A stretch of DNA of 64,000 bases from the human T2T-CHM13v2.0 reference genome, Homo sapiens, in NCBI RefSeq assembly GCF_009914755.1, contig NC_060932.1, one strand, 5' to 3'. A program made the position numbers and the translations under genes. Shown here piece after piece: positions 1 through 15,471 of this stretch. Numbering within the stretch: the stretch's first letter is position 1; each line of letters begins with the position of its first letter. The notes below the pieces were generated by a model. That model made no database searches, was not told where the DNA came from, and was given only the letters and a program-made list of their open reading frames with translations.

Positions 1-225
1 TCCATGTTCCTGAATATATGAGTAGATCATTCCTTTCTTTTGCTGACTAGCTCTCCATTACATTTTCCATTCACTCTTCTATTAGTGGACATTTGAGTTG
101 TTTCTAACTTGGCAATATTATAAATTATCTCTATGAATGCACATAAAAGTATTTACATGGACATAAGTTTTCATCTCACCGGAATAAAAACTCAAGAGTG
201 GGACTTCTGGATCTCATGGTAAGTG

Positions 226-329
226 AAATAATCTGTACACCAAAACCCTGAGTCGTGAGTTTACCTATATAACAAACCTGCACTTGTTCCCCTGAAGCTA
301 AAATAAAAGTTAAACTATTAAAAAAAAAA
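226..329 (+). mobile_element. Very short L1PA (older subfamily) 3' end with poly(A)
   Basis: gaaataatctgtacaccaaaaccc...gtttacctatataacaaacctgcac...aaataaaagtt plus an A tail matches the L1PA terminal 3'UTR. Confidence 0.8.
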
Positions 330-416
330 GAAATGGACAATGTTTCCTACAAGCTACATATGAAAGCAACACAAATACTTGATATTGTCCTCACCAACAT
401 TTGGTATTGTCAGTAA

Positions 417-1008
417 TGTTACCGACACAACAGGTGGGTTCAATTGCTTGGTGGGTGACAGTCCAATGACCACAACCAAGGAGGATTTAACAAGGACATT
501 TTATTACTTGCAACAGGTAAGGAAGAAACCAGAGGTAGTCCCCCAAAGCAGTGCCTCCCTGAACAAAGGTGAAAATAAGGCTTTTACTGGGCTGATTAGC
601 TGAGTCATTGCATATGGAGGTGGAGTAAAGGCAGTGCAGGCACAGTCATTGATCATGCTTCTACCTAAGACGCATGTGTGGAAAATGGAGAGTAAGCTCC
701 TCCCTGGGCTGTGTTTTTAGTATGGCAATGATGAGAGTTTGCCAAATTCACCTGCAACTCAGGCATCTCTGGATCCATCTTGTTTTTGTTTTGCTGGGGC
801 TGGTCATAATCAGTGGCACAGCATGATCAATGACTGCGCCTGTGCTGCCTTTATTCTACCTCTACATGCAATGACTCAGCTAACCAGCCCAGTAAGAGCT
901 TTACTTTCACCTTTGCTCTGAAACTTTTCTGAAACAACAAGAACTCAAGATGGAGCAGTTACAAGTGGCTACTTCTTTGCAGTGAAAACCTAGGCACCTT
1001 GGGTTACA
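417..1008 (-). mobile_element. Solo LTR, probably ERV1 class (family not identified)
   Basis: TG...CA termini and a 4-bp TSD GTAA (413-416, 1009-1012). A reverse poly(A) signal tttatt near 500 suggests the minus strand. Confidence 0.75.
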
Positions 1009-1549
1009 GTAATTTTGGCTACACTAGTGGATGTGTGGTGGCACGTCTTTGGGGAAGCTTACATTTCCCTAATGATTTATGAGGATGACCATTTGTTTTT
1101 CTGTGCTTATTGGACATTTGTGTATATCTTTTTTTGTGTGTATGTGGAATGCCTTCTTGAACACTTTGCTCTTTTGTCATTTTTATTGAATAGTCTTCTT
1201 ATTATTAAATTCTAAAAGTTATTTATATATGTAAGTTCCCGTCAGAAATTTGCATTTTGTTACTTTCTTTCAGCCTGTGCCTTGTTATATATTGTATTGA
1301 TAGTATCTCTCTCAAAGAACGAACACTTTTATTGTTGTGTTTAAAAGCTTTATTGAGATACATAAGTACTGTCTTAATTTTAATTTCTTAAAGTCAGTTA
1401 GCATATGTCCCCAGAAATTAAGTTTTTTTTACATTTGCTAAGACTGCTTTAGTTTCTTTGCATATCTAATGATTTTTAGAGCGAGTTTTTAAATTTCTAC
1501 ACAAAATCTCACTGGGATTTTTGATTGGGATTACACTGAATATATAGAT

Positions 1550-2470
1550 AGAAAAACTGTTGCTAGCAAATCTACTTTTATAAAATGATTAAAGAAAGTT
1601 CTCTAAACAGAAAGAAATTGGAAAAAAAAACTTGGAACTTCAGAAAGAAAAAATAGAACATAAAAGTCAACAAAAGTAGAAATAAATTAAATATTTTTCT
1701 CTCCAGAGTGTCTTAAATCATATTTGATGGCTTATGTAAAATAATATCTTTTGATTTAGTGCTCAATTTATATAGAGAAATAATAAAAATAATTATATTT
1801 TAAAAGTGGGAAAATTAAATGACCTAAAAGGAAGTAAAGTTTACATACTTTAGAGTGATAAAACATATCAGTAGGATTTAGTAAATAATATACACATATT
1901 ATAATACCTAAAATGGCTGCTGAGGAACTAAACAAAGCAGTATACTCAAAAACACTATAAATAAGTAAAAATGAAATTCTAAAATATGTTTAATTAACCC
2001 ACAGGGGAGTTTCAAAAGAAAGGCCAAAGCAGAAAAATAAAGAAAAAGAAAAACAAAGTTAAAAAAGAAATAATAATATGGAAGACTTAAGCCTAACATG
2101 TAAATAATTACCTTAGGTAATTAGTGGTCTAAATACATGATTTAAAAAACATTATTTGAATGGTTGTAAAAAAATAACCATGATCAAACGATATGATATA
2201 GTGACTACGAGTAACTCATTTCAAATAAAATAACATAGGTAGGCTGAAAGTAAAAGGATAAAAAAAAATGTATACCACACAGGCTTTTCTTAAAAGCAAG
2301 GCTATATTAGCATCAGCTAAGGTTGACTTCAGAGCAAAAAAAGTCACTGAAGATAGAAAGGGTGATTATGTAATAATAAGGGGACCCAGGATACAGGAGA
2401 CACAGCAATTCTAAATGTCCATTCAGTAAACAACAACCCATTAATATAAATAAAACAAAGCTTGACAGAG
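1550..2470 (+). mobile_element. Old L1M fragment (ORF1 end/ORF2 start region)
   Basis: A-rich sense-strand L1 with decayed endonuclease-region motifs (aggctgaaagtaaaaggata, gttgacttcagagcaaaa). Confidence 0.65.
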
Positions 2471-4215
2471 CTAAAAGACATCCCATGCTCATGAATCAAA
2501 AGAATTGAAATTACTAAAATGACCATACTACTAAAAAAATTTATAGATTCAGTGCAGCCCCCTCAAAATATTAATTAAATTCTTCATAGAAACAGAAATA
2601 ACAGTCCTGAAATTCATATGGAACCACGAGACCCTAATAAGCCAAAGTAATACTGAGCAAAAAGAATAAAGCTGGAGGCATTACACTACCTGACTTCAAA
2701 TGATACTACAAAACTATTGTAATTAAAATGGCATGGTTTTGGTATAAAAACAGACACATAGATAAATGGAAGAGAATAGAGCAATAAATCCAGATATTTA
2801 CAGTCAATTGATGCTTAATAAAGGTGTCAAAAACACACATGAGAGAAAGAACTCCCTGTTCAATAAATGGTGCTGGAAAAACTGGATATCAGTATACAGA
2901 AGAATGAAACTAGACCCCTATCTCTCATTATATACAATGGTCAACTCAGAGTGAACTAAAACCTTAAACATAAGACCTGAAACTATAAAAGTACTAGTAA
3001 AAAGCATTGTGGAAACACTTCAGGATATTGGTCTAGGATAAGACCTCAAAACCACAGAAAACAAAAACAAAAACAAAAGACAAATGGTAGTCCCAAACTA
3101 AAAAGCTACCTCGTAGCAAAGTAAATGATCAGCAGAGTTAACATCCTGTAGAATGGGAGAAAATATTTGCAAACTATTTATCTGACAAAGGACTAAAATC
3201 TAGAATATACTAGAAACTCAACAATAAATCACAACTAATCTCATTCAAAATTGGGCAAAGGATCTGAATAGATATTCCTCAAAAGAAGTCACACAAATGG
3301 CCACAAGGTATATGAAAAAATGCTCAACATCACTGAGCATTAGGGAAATGTAAATCAAGACCACAATGAAGTATCAGTTAAAATGGCTATTATCAAAAAG
3401 ACAGAAAAATTACCAAATGCTGATGAGAATGCAGAGAAAGGAATCTGTTATACACTCTTGGTGGGAATGTAAGTTAGTATCGACATTATAGAAAGTAGTA
3501 TGGAGGTTCTCAAAAACACAAAAATAGTAATACTATATGATCTAACAATCCCACTACTTGATATTTATCCAAAGGAAAGGTAATCAGTATATCAAACGAA
3601 TAACTGTGTCTCTGTTTATTGCAGAACTATTCACAATGGCCAAGATATGGAATCAACCTACGTGCCCATCAATGAGTGGACAAAGTAAATGTGGTATGTA
3701 TACACAATGCAATACTATTCAGCCATAAAAAAGAATGAAATCCTATCATTTGCAGCAACATAGATTGAGCTGGAGGTCATTATGTTAAGTGAAATAGGCA
3801 CAGAAAGACAAATTTTGCAGGTTCTCATTCATTGATGGGAACTAAAGAAAGCTAATCTCACAAATGTAAAGAGTGGAATGATGGTTACCAGAGGCTGGGA
3901 AGGTGTGAGGGGTATGAATAGAAGTTGGTTAATGGGCACAGACATACAACTACATAGAAGAAATAAATTCTAAGTTCTAAGGTTGTGTAGCACTGTAGCG
4001 TGAATACAGTTAACAACAATTTATTGAATATTTCAAAATAGCTAGAAGAAAAGGTTTGAAATATTCCCAACACTAATAAGTGATAAATGTTTGATATGAT
4101 GAATATCCTAAATACCATGATTTGATAATTACACCACATTGTATAAATGAGTCCAAATATCACATGCACCCCCAAATATGTACAATTATTATACATCAAC
4201 AAAAATACTTTAAAA
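2470..4215 (+). mobile_element. L1MA-type LINE-1, 3' ~1.7 kb (ORF2 C-terminus plus 3'UTR)
   Basis: aaagacatcccatgctcatg, ttcaataaatggtgctggaaaaactgg, cagccataaaaaagaatgaaatc; 3'UTR ends atatcacatgcacccccaaatatgtacaattattatacatcaacaaaaa. The reading frame is disrupted. Confidence 0.85.
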
Positions 4216-5069
4216 ATTTACTTCAGTGATTCTGCTTTTCAACTTTTCATCTGTTGATATTTTGTCTGTTAATAATTTCCATTTCTCTGTTGACTTTCCC
4301 AATCTATTTATTTATTTAGTGATGCACATATATGTATACATATATATATGTCATTTTCTGCTAAATCAAATATTTGAGACATCTTGGATTCAATTTCTAT
4401 TGAGTACCCTTTCTACTGTTTTTGCATAGCTAGTAATTTTTGCTTCAGAAATGAACATTGTAAATAATACAGTATTTTATAGCAGCTCTGGATTCTATTG
4501 TTTTCTCCTCAGAATTATTGTTTTGTTATTATTTTGTTGTCGTTCTATTGGGAATTTAACATGCCTGAATTTAAAATGTAACCTTCTTTTTCAAGCATTA
4601 TATAGTAGCTGATATCTCTATTCTGCTTTTGTATTTTACATTTCTGTTTTTTGTTTGTGTGTTTGCTTTTAGCCTCCTTACTGTACTAGGGGTCTCTCCT
4701 AGGCCTGAAGAATTTGGCATTCATCCCAAAATGTGGGTGGCATTGGAGCTCACCTTCTTCAGGGCTTCTTGTAGGGACTCCCTCCTAGTTTTCAGCGGTT
4801 CTGCTGGTTTAAAACTTTGTCCTCTGACACTTCAAGCCTGTGAAGCTTCAGGACTTTGCCACCTGATCTGTTCAAAGTTGGCGAATGTGTCCAATTAGTT
4901 CAAAACCCAGCAAGCTCACAGGTTAGACCCACTTTGCTCTCTCTTTCTAGATTAGATTTCTTCTTGGATTTTGTCTGCAGTTTATATGGACTCCAGAGTC
5001 TGCTTATGCAATAATAATTTAACTGTCTTCTAGAGATTTCGGCAGAATACGTAATCAGAATTAATTCTT

Positions 5070-6327
<1,258 letters not shown>

Positions 6328-6884
6328 TTAATTCTTATTCTTTTTGCTGTTCTTTGTCTTCAAAAATTCCCCATTTAAATTTACAGCGGTTTTTTTATTC
6401 ATAGCCCTGACATTTTTTTGGCACCTTAAGCCAGTAAAACTATGTTTCTAAAGCTGTAGTCAAAGTGGTTGGACAGTTTCCTAATGCAAAACACACACAC
6501 ACACAACCAATCTTTACCCCTTCTATTTGTGTTTTTTTCAATTATACTCTTTAGAGACTTTTACCAGGTTGGACAATCATTCTAGTATCTTAAACTAGTT
6601 TTTTTTTCTAATTATACTGTTTTAAAAATTTTCATTTGTGGAAGAGTTCATGCTATAAGTTTACTACTCTGCCATTAATTTAAAAGGGTTTCCTCTCCTT
6701 TAGTTATTATGTTAAAAACAAATGACATTAAGGGATGACCTCTTTATGGAGGTGATATTTAAGTAGAGATATTAAATATTATCATAAATGTATTTTTAAA
6801 GATGCTTTAATTCCCTTTGGGCCTGAAGAAAGACTATAAATAAATAGTATTTACCACTGAGAAACTAGTTTTTCTAAAGTGAGT

Positions 6885-7775
6885 ACATTCACTTAGCTAT
6901 ATATGAATAAATATTACTAAGCACCTGCTCTTTTCCAGGTACCGTTTTAAGTGCTAAACATAGACAATTTTCCTAATTTCTCATGACACTTACATTTTAA
7001 TAGGAAGAAACAAAAAGTGAAGTCAATAATCAAATTATATACAGTGTGATGTCATTATAAGCACTATGGAGAAAAATTAAGTAGAAGGAATGTATAGAGT
7101 GTCAGTAGAAGAAAAAATCAATTTTAAATAAGGAATTAGGGAAGACTTCACTGATAACAAACATCTGAGGTAGATATATTTGGGAAGTGCAGCCTGGGCA
7201 GAAGGAGTAGCAACTGAAAATGTCCTGAGTTGGAAAATGCCTTTAGTATTTGAGGAACAGTGAAGGAGCCACTGCAGCTATTTAGAGTGAGCAAGAGATA
7301 GGATTTAAAAGGGGAGGGAGGAGAAATAGCAAAGAGCCCAATCTGCAAATCCTCTTAGATTATTATAAGAACTTTTCTTATTTTACACGGATTGAAATGG
7401 GGAGTCACTGGAAGGGTTTGAGCAAAGAAGTGATGGCAGAAAATAGTTATATTGTGTGTGTATGTATATGCACATACATACAGCAAGAAATCTCTATCTG
7501 TATCAGGTCTTTTTCCATACCTAGATATGAAATTTCTGCCTTGTGCTTTAACAGGATCTCTCACTGCTATGTAGAGAACAGACTGTTTAGGCAAGAACTC
7601 AATGAATCAGCAAGTCACTTCAATAATCCAGGAGATATTATAGTGTCTTAGACCAGAGAGATAACAAAGGAGATAACAAAAGAGTTGGATTCTAGAAATC
7701 CAGAATGCCTATAGTGTTTTGAAGGTAGAGTAAGTGGTATTTTGTGTGAGTGCAGCTGACATGGGCACAGCAACT
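6885..7775 (-). mobile_element. L2 fragment
   Basis: Reverse L2 3' end (aaatattactaagcacctgct...ccaggtaccg) and typical motifs (ggggagtcactggaagggtttgagca, ttttgaaggtagag). Confidence 0.75.
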
Positions 7776-9029
7776 ATTTATAGCAGTGTAGTACTGCAAG
7801 CATCATATTATTTGGTATGCATCTGCCTACATGTATACCTCTTCTCTCTTTTGTGTTCCTTGAGGATATGGAATATGTAGTTTTATCTTCATAGCCCACA
7901 GTCCTCCAATATCTGAAAGCTGTTTCACTAAATTTTTATCCATTGATTCTTTTCCAGCTCTTCTGAGCTGCATGGAATAAGCCTGATTTTTCTTCCCCAT
8001 AGGAGGCCTCTGCACACTTGAAGCCACTTCTTCTTACTTGCCATTCTGTACACATATGAAATACTAGAGGTGGATGGAGGTGAGTATCTAATAGGTTTTA
8101 GGACTTCAGTGGAATAAGATTGAGTTTTGAGGGCCATTTACCAGCCACAGCAAGGAGAATATAACATGTTCCTTGCCTACAGCTCAGTAAAGACAATTTT
8201 CAGAAGGCTGGGTTAATCGGGACTGAAGAAGGGAAAACTAAAGGAAGATAACTGCCCTATTCAGAAAACCTCACTCTTTTCCTCATTCAGGGTTCCCTTT
8301 CTCCTGTGAATAAATGAGCAACTTCTACATTCTGAGACAGAAACTTCCTCAGCAGCAGCACTGGGCTCGTGGGGTTCTGTACTCATGACCATGGTAAGTA
8401 GGCAGGAGCTAGAGGAAACCTCATACCAGAGCCACAGTAATACAGACCTAGGCTAATTTCCTTTCTAACTTCCCTGCTCTTTTCTAACTCTCTCAAGTAG
8501 GAGATTATAATCCTAGGATTAACATCTATAGCAACTTTATTATAAAGCCCCCTCATTTCTACAACTCTGTGTAGTTTATAAAGTACTTTCACATTTTGTA
8601 ATTCACCGAATATATACAACAGATTTGCAGGATAGATTTTATTATCATCATTGAATTTATTGAAGAGAAGAATTATTTAAAAGCTTATGTGGAGTTACTT
8701 TGAGTTGTTTCTTGTTACTCTGGGGCACATATAAACAAAAAAAGCTGAGTACTCTGTGCAGATTTTATAAAAGTGAGAAAGGCTTTAGTTCAGAAAAACC
8801 AGGGCAAAGACACTTAGAATCAAATAAAGAAAAAGGGAACAAGTATTGTTTATCAGAGATCTGGTTATTGTTTGTCTAGAGATTGCCAAATAAGTTCTAG
8901 CTGTAGCCTTTCTGGGGGTAACTTACAGCATCCTTAGAGATAGAAGAGGTAGGCATGCAGTTAACTACAGGTTAGGAGAGATTTATATTTTATTTATACC
9001 CTGTATTCATGGAATGAGAAATAATAATA

Positions 9030-9290
9030 AAATCATCAGCAATAATAAACATCAGTTTTTAAGCACTTACTGCATATCAGGCTAAATGATTCCCCGGGAT
9101 CATCTCATTGAATCCCCACATCAACCCTGACTGGTATAAATTGTGGACATCTCATTCTCTTAGATAAGGAAATTGGGATTCAAAGAGTTAGGTTAATTGT
9201 TTAAGGTCACAAAACTAATAATGGCAATGACAAGATTGAAGCTTTTGATGATCTAACTTCAGAAATGTGACCTCTTAACACATGGCTAAT
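9030..9290 (-). mobile_element. MIR
   Basis: Reverse MIR core: gataaggaaattgggattcaaagagttaggttaattgtttaaggtcaca. Confidence 0.75.
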
Positions 9291-9499
9291 TTGACTCTAC
9301 CAAGAACCAAGGGAAAAGGCGGCCGTTTTGGAGCCCAAGGTGTAGCACTGACCATGGGCTACAGAAAAAAGCCAACTGAAGCCTCTCATGTAAATAAAAA
9401 TAATCTAATTATACCACTGTAAAAAGGCAGCTTAGTTTCAGTTAGGATCAGTTATGTGGAGCCTTTTACCAAAGTAAGACCTTATAGCTAACAAACGTG

Positions 9500-10397
9500 T
9501 TAGGTTAAGTGAGCCTATCATGAGGTAATAAGACAACATCCACATTTCAATGGATTAAACCAGCAAAATGTATTTCTTACTCATGAAAAATCAAGTGCAA
9601 ATCTGGGAAAATTTCCAGGGCAAATGTCCTCCATGAGGCAATTCAACAATCTAAGCCCACAAAGGCTCCAGCATCTTTTACTTGAACCACCTGCAAATTA
9701 AGGCATACTCATCACTCATGGCAGGAGACATGACTACTGAAGACTTCTCATCAACAATTACATACTTTCATCCCAAATAATGCATTATCACCTCTGGTCA
9801 TAGCCTATTGGCCAAAGTTAGTTACATGGGAGTAAAGAAGTGTAATTCTCCCATGGTCTGGGATGATAGGGAGGACCCAACACGAGTTGTGAAGCAGGTT
9901 CACTGTGTACTGGTTACAAACTTGCCTGGGTCCAGTGAGACAGAACACACACACACACATACAAGGTGTTACATGAGATGGGTTTATTACCTAAAGATAG
10001 ACAGCAAGGGACAACAGAAGCCTAGGATTCATTGAGAGTCAATCCCTCAAGGCTTAGAAAAGCTGGCTGGGGCGGATGGTGTCTCATCTGCACATGCCTT
10101 ACTTGCACCACAGGTGGAGAACCCCAGAAATCAGCCTAATCTGAGTTTTATACCCTGGGGTAACATGACACATTTGGCTAAAGTATTGAAAAACATCTTT
10201 TTCAAGGAGCAGGGGAGGTAGATAAAAATAACACAGGCTTTTCTGGCCAGTACCCACTTATCTCAGGTGGTTAAATTCCCAGCACATTCTACAGTTATTC
10301 TTGAGATTGTAAATAAGAAAGGGAGGGAGAATTGGGTCAGTGAAAGGGCACTCAGAGAACTGTCCTGAATGAGTGTCTTCTAGAAACCTCTACCATA
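9500..10397 (-). mobile_element. Old MLT1 (MaLR) LTR split by a younger LTR
   Basis: MLT1-like motifs (atgtatttcttactcatg, ctattggccaaagttagttacatg, gaagtgtaattctccc); a short tail resumes after 10374. Confidence 0.6.
9888..10369 (-). mobile_element. ERVL solo LTR, LTR47-like
   Basis: Starts tgtgaagcaggttcactgtg and ends gagaactgtcctgaa. 5-bp TSD cgagt/tgagt (9883-9887, 10370-10374; one CpG transition). Confidence 0.7.
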
Positions 10398-10524
10398 CAA
10401 GTGTTAGAGCATCCCAAATGAAGTTAAGCTTGCCATTAAATGTGCTACCGATTTGTACCTTTTCAAGAACTATAGTGTCAGCTTGCATTTATTGACATCA
10501 GGCTTTTACGTTTTTTTTTTAAAT

Positions 10525-10840
10525 ATGTAGCACTTCATGTAACTCTTCTCAACAACCCTATGAGAAGGTATTACCCATATAATCTAGACCTTTTTCACTA
10601 ACCTCTGAGGTTTGAGGCAGGAACTGTATCTTGTTTTATTTACACCTCTCCCTAGCACACCGTTTAGCTCTTACTAGGTGTTTGTTAACTATTCTGTGAA
10701 TCTGGGTCAGTTGTAGCATGAGAAATAGAGACTCATAACAGTTATGTGACTTATCCAGGCTCACATAATCAGCAGGCGAATTAACCAAGATTTGAACTTA
10801 AGTTCATAACTCAAACTCTTCTATACTCAGCCTCCATGAC
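10525..10840 (-). mobile_element. MIR interrupted by a + strand L2 3' end (~10600-10702)
   Basis: MIR halves (ttctcaacaaccctatgag ... gagaaatagagactc...tgacttatccaggctcaca) flank gaggcaggaactgtatcttg...ctagcacac...taggtgtttgttaactatt. Confidence 0.6.
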
Positions 10841-11634
10841 ATTGCTCAAGGGGGATTTCTGGTCACATTTTAATTGAAATGTATGCTACCCTTCACCAGG
10901 GCCAAAATTAAAGCAACCATCAAGCATTCAGACCAGCCTGAGATGTGGGAGGCTTGGCCACTCAGGCATGCTGATGATAGCCATGTTTAGCGAGGCAGCT
11001 GGAAGCCAAGACATGAAGCAGGATGCCAAGGGGGCTTGGCCCTTTTCAGGCATGCATTGATGGATGACTCTTGCAGAGGCAGCAGATGTACTGAGATACT
11101 GGGACTGTTGGCCTCATTTGTCAATTGCCTAGCACTGCCGGGTGGCTCTCCTCCTCTGATATTGTTTGTGCATTTGTTACTCCTAAGGAGCAACTTTATC
11201 TGTACATAGCACCTGGGGAGCTAGGTCTGGAAGAATAGAGGCTTTGGTTTAATTACCTACTTACCACAATACATCTTTTTCCTAGGAACATTGACAATAA
11301 AAGTGAAATGACTGGTGTTAAAGGTACAAGAGAATGAATCTTCTCTTAATTTTGCTAAGCCAAATGGAAACCAAAACAATTTCTCAAGTGGCTTGCGGTA
11401 GCAGGTCAATTCCTGACGGCTCAAATTTACCACTTTCTTAGAAAAATTTTCACATCTCTCTATGAAAAGAATTCTAAGCTCTTGGGACTAAGCTAAAGTA
11501 AATTTGTTTTGGGTCTACAAATTGTTTTAGGTTAATTCATCTCACTGTCATAGATAAACATCAGTGACATACTATAGCCTAATAGATTATACATTTTGGT
11601 TTCTAAACTCTTGAGTGCATCAGAGAAAGCAAAC

Positions 11635-11810
11635 TATATCAAGTGCAATTCAGTTTGGTTGCACATAATAGAAAAATCCCCAAATAACAAAGGTTTAAAC
11701 ATAAGAGTTTATCTTTTCCATAAAAGAATTACAAAAGTTACAGAGCAGGGCCAGTGGTGGCACTGCAAGATTCTGGAAAAAGTCTTCACCTCATGTTTCT
11801 TCAACATCCA
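11635..11810 (-). mobile_element. MLT1 LTR fragment
   Basis: tcagtttggttgcacataatagaaaaatccccaaataacaaaggtttaaacataagagtttat. Confidence 0.5.
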
Positions 11811-14800
11811 CTGTTAATGTAGACAAGATCAGAATGAATCTTACCATGCAATTTGTAACTCTTTGTATCAGTCAAAAGACCAAGACTGCCAACATTTCTT
11901 CTATCCCTAAACTCCTCAAATCTATACAGAAGTGTCTATTTCCATTTTGGATACATTTTTCATTCTTCCCCAGTCCCAGAGACCCTTTTATGAGCACATT
12001 CAAACATAAGTCTCCATCATCAACAAAACACTACACATTTTCACTCAATTTTCTGAATGTCCTTTTTACCTTCTTGCTCCAACAGAAATCTGCCTTTCCT
12101 CTGAAAACACTCTTTCTCCTTGAACACTATTAAGTATGCATTTTTCCCCCGGTGCTTCTTGGCCTAATGTACCCTTTGATTCACAAAGTCACTTTCACAC
12201 ATTCTCCCTCCTTTTTCCCTAGATCTATTATTTTTAATCCTCACCATCAGATCTTTGGTTCAGAATATCTCCTTGTGACAGTCATCTGCAGACAGGAAGG
12301 GTATTCTGCCTCATCCTCAACAATTGGTATAATCAGCTTTTTAATGTTATCCATTGTAGTGGCTATGTAGTATTCTCATTGTTTTCATTGTATTTCCCTG
12401 TTCGTTATTGATGCTGAGTGCCATTCAATTATTTATTGAGACTATCTATGAATCTTCTTTTGGAACTGCATATTTAAATCTTCCAGCACATTTTTTAATC
12501 TGATTCTTTAACTTATATAGAGTTGCAAGAGGTTTTAGATATCCTGGACAAAATTGCTCTATCAAGTATACATTTGTGAATATTTTCCCCATTCTTTGGC
12601 TATCCTTATTGTTTCTATTTTGTTAAGTATTTTTATTCAGGCATAATATGCATAAACTAATCCACATATAAAGCATACAGTTTTAAATGTTGACATACAT
12701 ATACACTCGTGAAACTATCATCATAATCAAGATAGTGAATATATTCATCAACCCCCAAAGTTTTCTCTCCTACTTCTGCAGTCACTTTCTCTCACTCATC
12801 TCGTCCCCACCATTATCTTTTATCTCAGCCTAACAACAAAGATGCTTTCTATTATTATAGATTAGTTTGCATGTTTTAAACTTTCAGATGAATTGAATCA
12901 GTAAGTTCTCTTTTTTGTCTGACGTCCTTGACTCAGCCTAAGTATTTTGAAATCCATTCACATTGTAGCATCAACGTAATTGTATCAATAGCCTTCTTTT
13001 TCCTTGCTTTTTACACCATTGTATGGCTATACTACAGTTTAATTATCCATTCCCATGTTGACATAGTTTCACTTCTTCTTTTCTGATCTGAATGCTTTTT
13101 TTGTTCCTAATAAGTAGGTACCAAACAGAGACTGTAAGCAGGCTACAATCTCTAGAACAATATTGAATAGAAGTGTTGATTGCAAGTATCCTTGATTTGT
13201 TCCTGATATTGTAGAGAAAAGGCATTTAGTCTTTCACCATTAAATATGATATTAGCTGTTAGGTTATTATAGAAGCCTGTGATCAGGTTGAAAAAGTTCT
13301 CTTTTATTCCTAGCACAATTAAAGTTATTATTAGGAATAGATGTTGGCTTTTTAAAAATGATTCTTTCTGTGTCTGTGGAGATGGCCATAGAGTTTTACT
13401 TTTTAGATGGATACTGTAATGAATTATACTGATTTTTAACCTGATACAACTTTGCATTCCAGGCAAAATCCTACTTGGTGATGATGTATTAGTCCTTGAA
13501 TATGTTTTTAGATTTTATCTGCTAAAAGTTGTTTAGAATTTTTACATCTATACTCCTGAGGGATATTGGCCTGTAGATTTCTTTGCTTGGAATACCTTTG
13601 TCTGGTTTGGTGCCAAGGCAATATTGGTCTGATCAAATGAATAGGGAACTAATCCTTTCTCTTCAGTTTTCTGGAAGAGTTTGTGTAGAATGGATATTGC
13701 TTCTTTATCAAAATGTGGTAGAAATCACTATTGAAGCCATTTAGGCCTTGAGTTTTCTTTGTGTGAAGTTATGTTTTTGCTTCTGTTTATTAACGGAAAC
13801 TGAATTTCTTTATTATAACTGAGAAGTATTTAATTTTACCTAATAATAGGACATAATTTTAATTAAACATTTTATTTTTAGACAATTGTAGATTCACATA
13901 CAGTTATAAGTAATACAGAAATATTGTGCATCATACCCAGTTTCCCCTCATAGTAACATCTTGTGAAAAATCTATTACAATATTAGAACCAGAATATTGA
14001 CATTGATAGAGTCAAGACATTTCAGCCTGGAAATCCAAGATTTCCACGTGGTCTTCACTGCCACTTTGGAGGGGCAGGGGCTTCATTACCTCCCATGGGA
14101 AATTAGATTATAAGCTTTCTACTCAGCATTCTCTCATACCAGCCTGGCAGCAGAATGGGGTGCCTTAATCCAGCCTGAAGAAGGTAGAAGTCTAGGCTCC
14201 ACCCTTTGGTATAGCAGAGCAGTGACTGTCTAAATGTTCTGCCTCACTAGGCTGCCTCTTTCCTGATCCTTTGACAATAGAGAGCAGACTGTTCAGGCTT
14301 TTGGTTTGTCCCCATTGGCATTTCTTCACTGTCACCTTCATCAGCTACAAGTCAAAAAGAAAACACAGGAAACTGGAAACTCATCCATGTTCCTTGAATC
14401 CCTCAGTCCTTAACATTTTTGTCTTCTTGTCTCCATTTCTCAGTGTTCTTATGTTTCCTTAATACACAATGTCTAAGATTTTTAGTTGTACTTAGCAAGA
14501 GGGAGTAGGTAAAAGTATGTCTATTCCATCTTCGCAAAAAAGAGAAGTCCTGGTGAAGTTTTAAACTATAATTTTAATATCTTTAATAGACATAGAACTA
14601 TTAATGTTAGCTATTTCTTTTGGACTGAGATCTGGTAGATTACAGATTACATTTTTCAAGGAAATTTTTTCATTTTGTCTATCTTGTCAAAATTACTGAC
14701 ATAACATTGTTCATAATATTCCCCTATTATCTTTCTAGAATGTGTAGAATTTGTTGTATGTAACCTCTCTCATTATTTATATTGATAATTTGTATCTTCT

Positions 14801-15149
14801 CTTTTTTCCTGATAAATATATCTCTTTTTCAATTTTATGGATTTTCTCAAAGAACCAGCTTATAGATTCACTGACTATTATTTTTCTGAATTTTATTTCA
14901 TTGATTTTTATTTGGTTTTTATTATTTTCATTCTCCTATGTGCTTTGGCTTTAATTTGCTATTTTGTTTCTGGTTTCTTAAAGAGAAAGAAGAGGTCATT
15001 GATTTGGGAAAGGCATATAGTACTATAAATTTCTAAGTATTATTTTAACAGATCTCACAAGTTATATATTCTGTTTTCATCTTCATTCAGTTCAAATAAT
15101 ACTTTCTAATTTCTCTCATGCTCTTTCCTTTGATCCAATGGTGATTTAG

Positions 15150-15471
<322 letters not shown>

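Larger units (their letters stand above)
1..1550 (-). mobile_element. Old L1M (ORF2 3' part/3'UTR) fragments, interrupted by younger insertions
   Basis: Degenerate antisense L1 motifs (e.g. ctcaccaacatttggtattgtcag ... aattttggctacactagtggatgtg; ctgggatttttgattgggattacactgaatatatagat). The host sequence resumes across the LTR at 417-1008. Confidence 0.7.
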
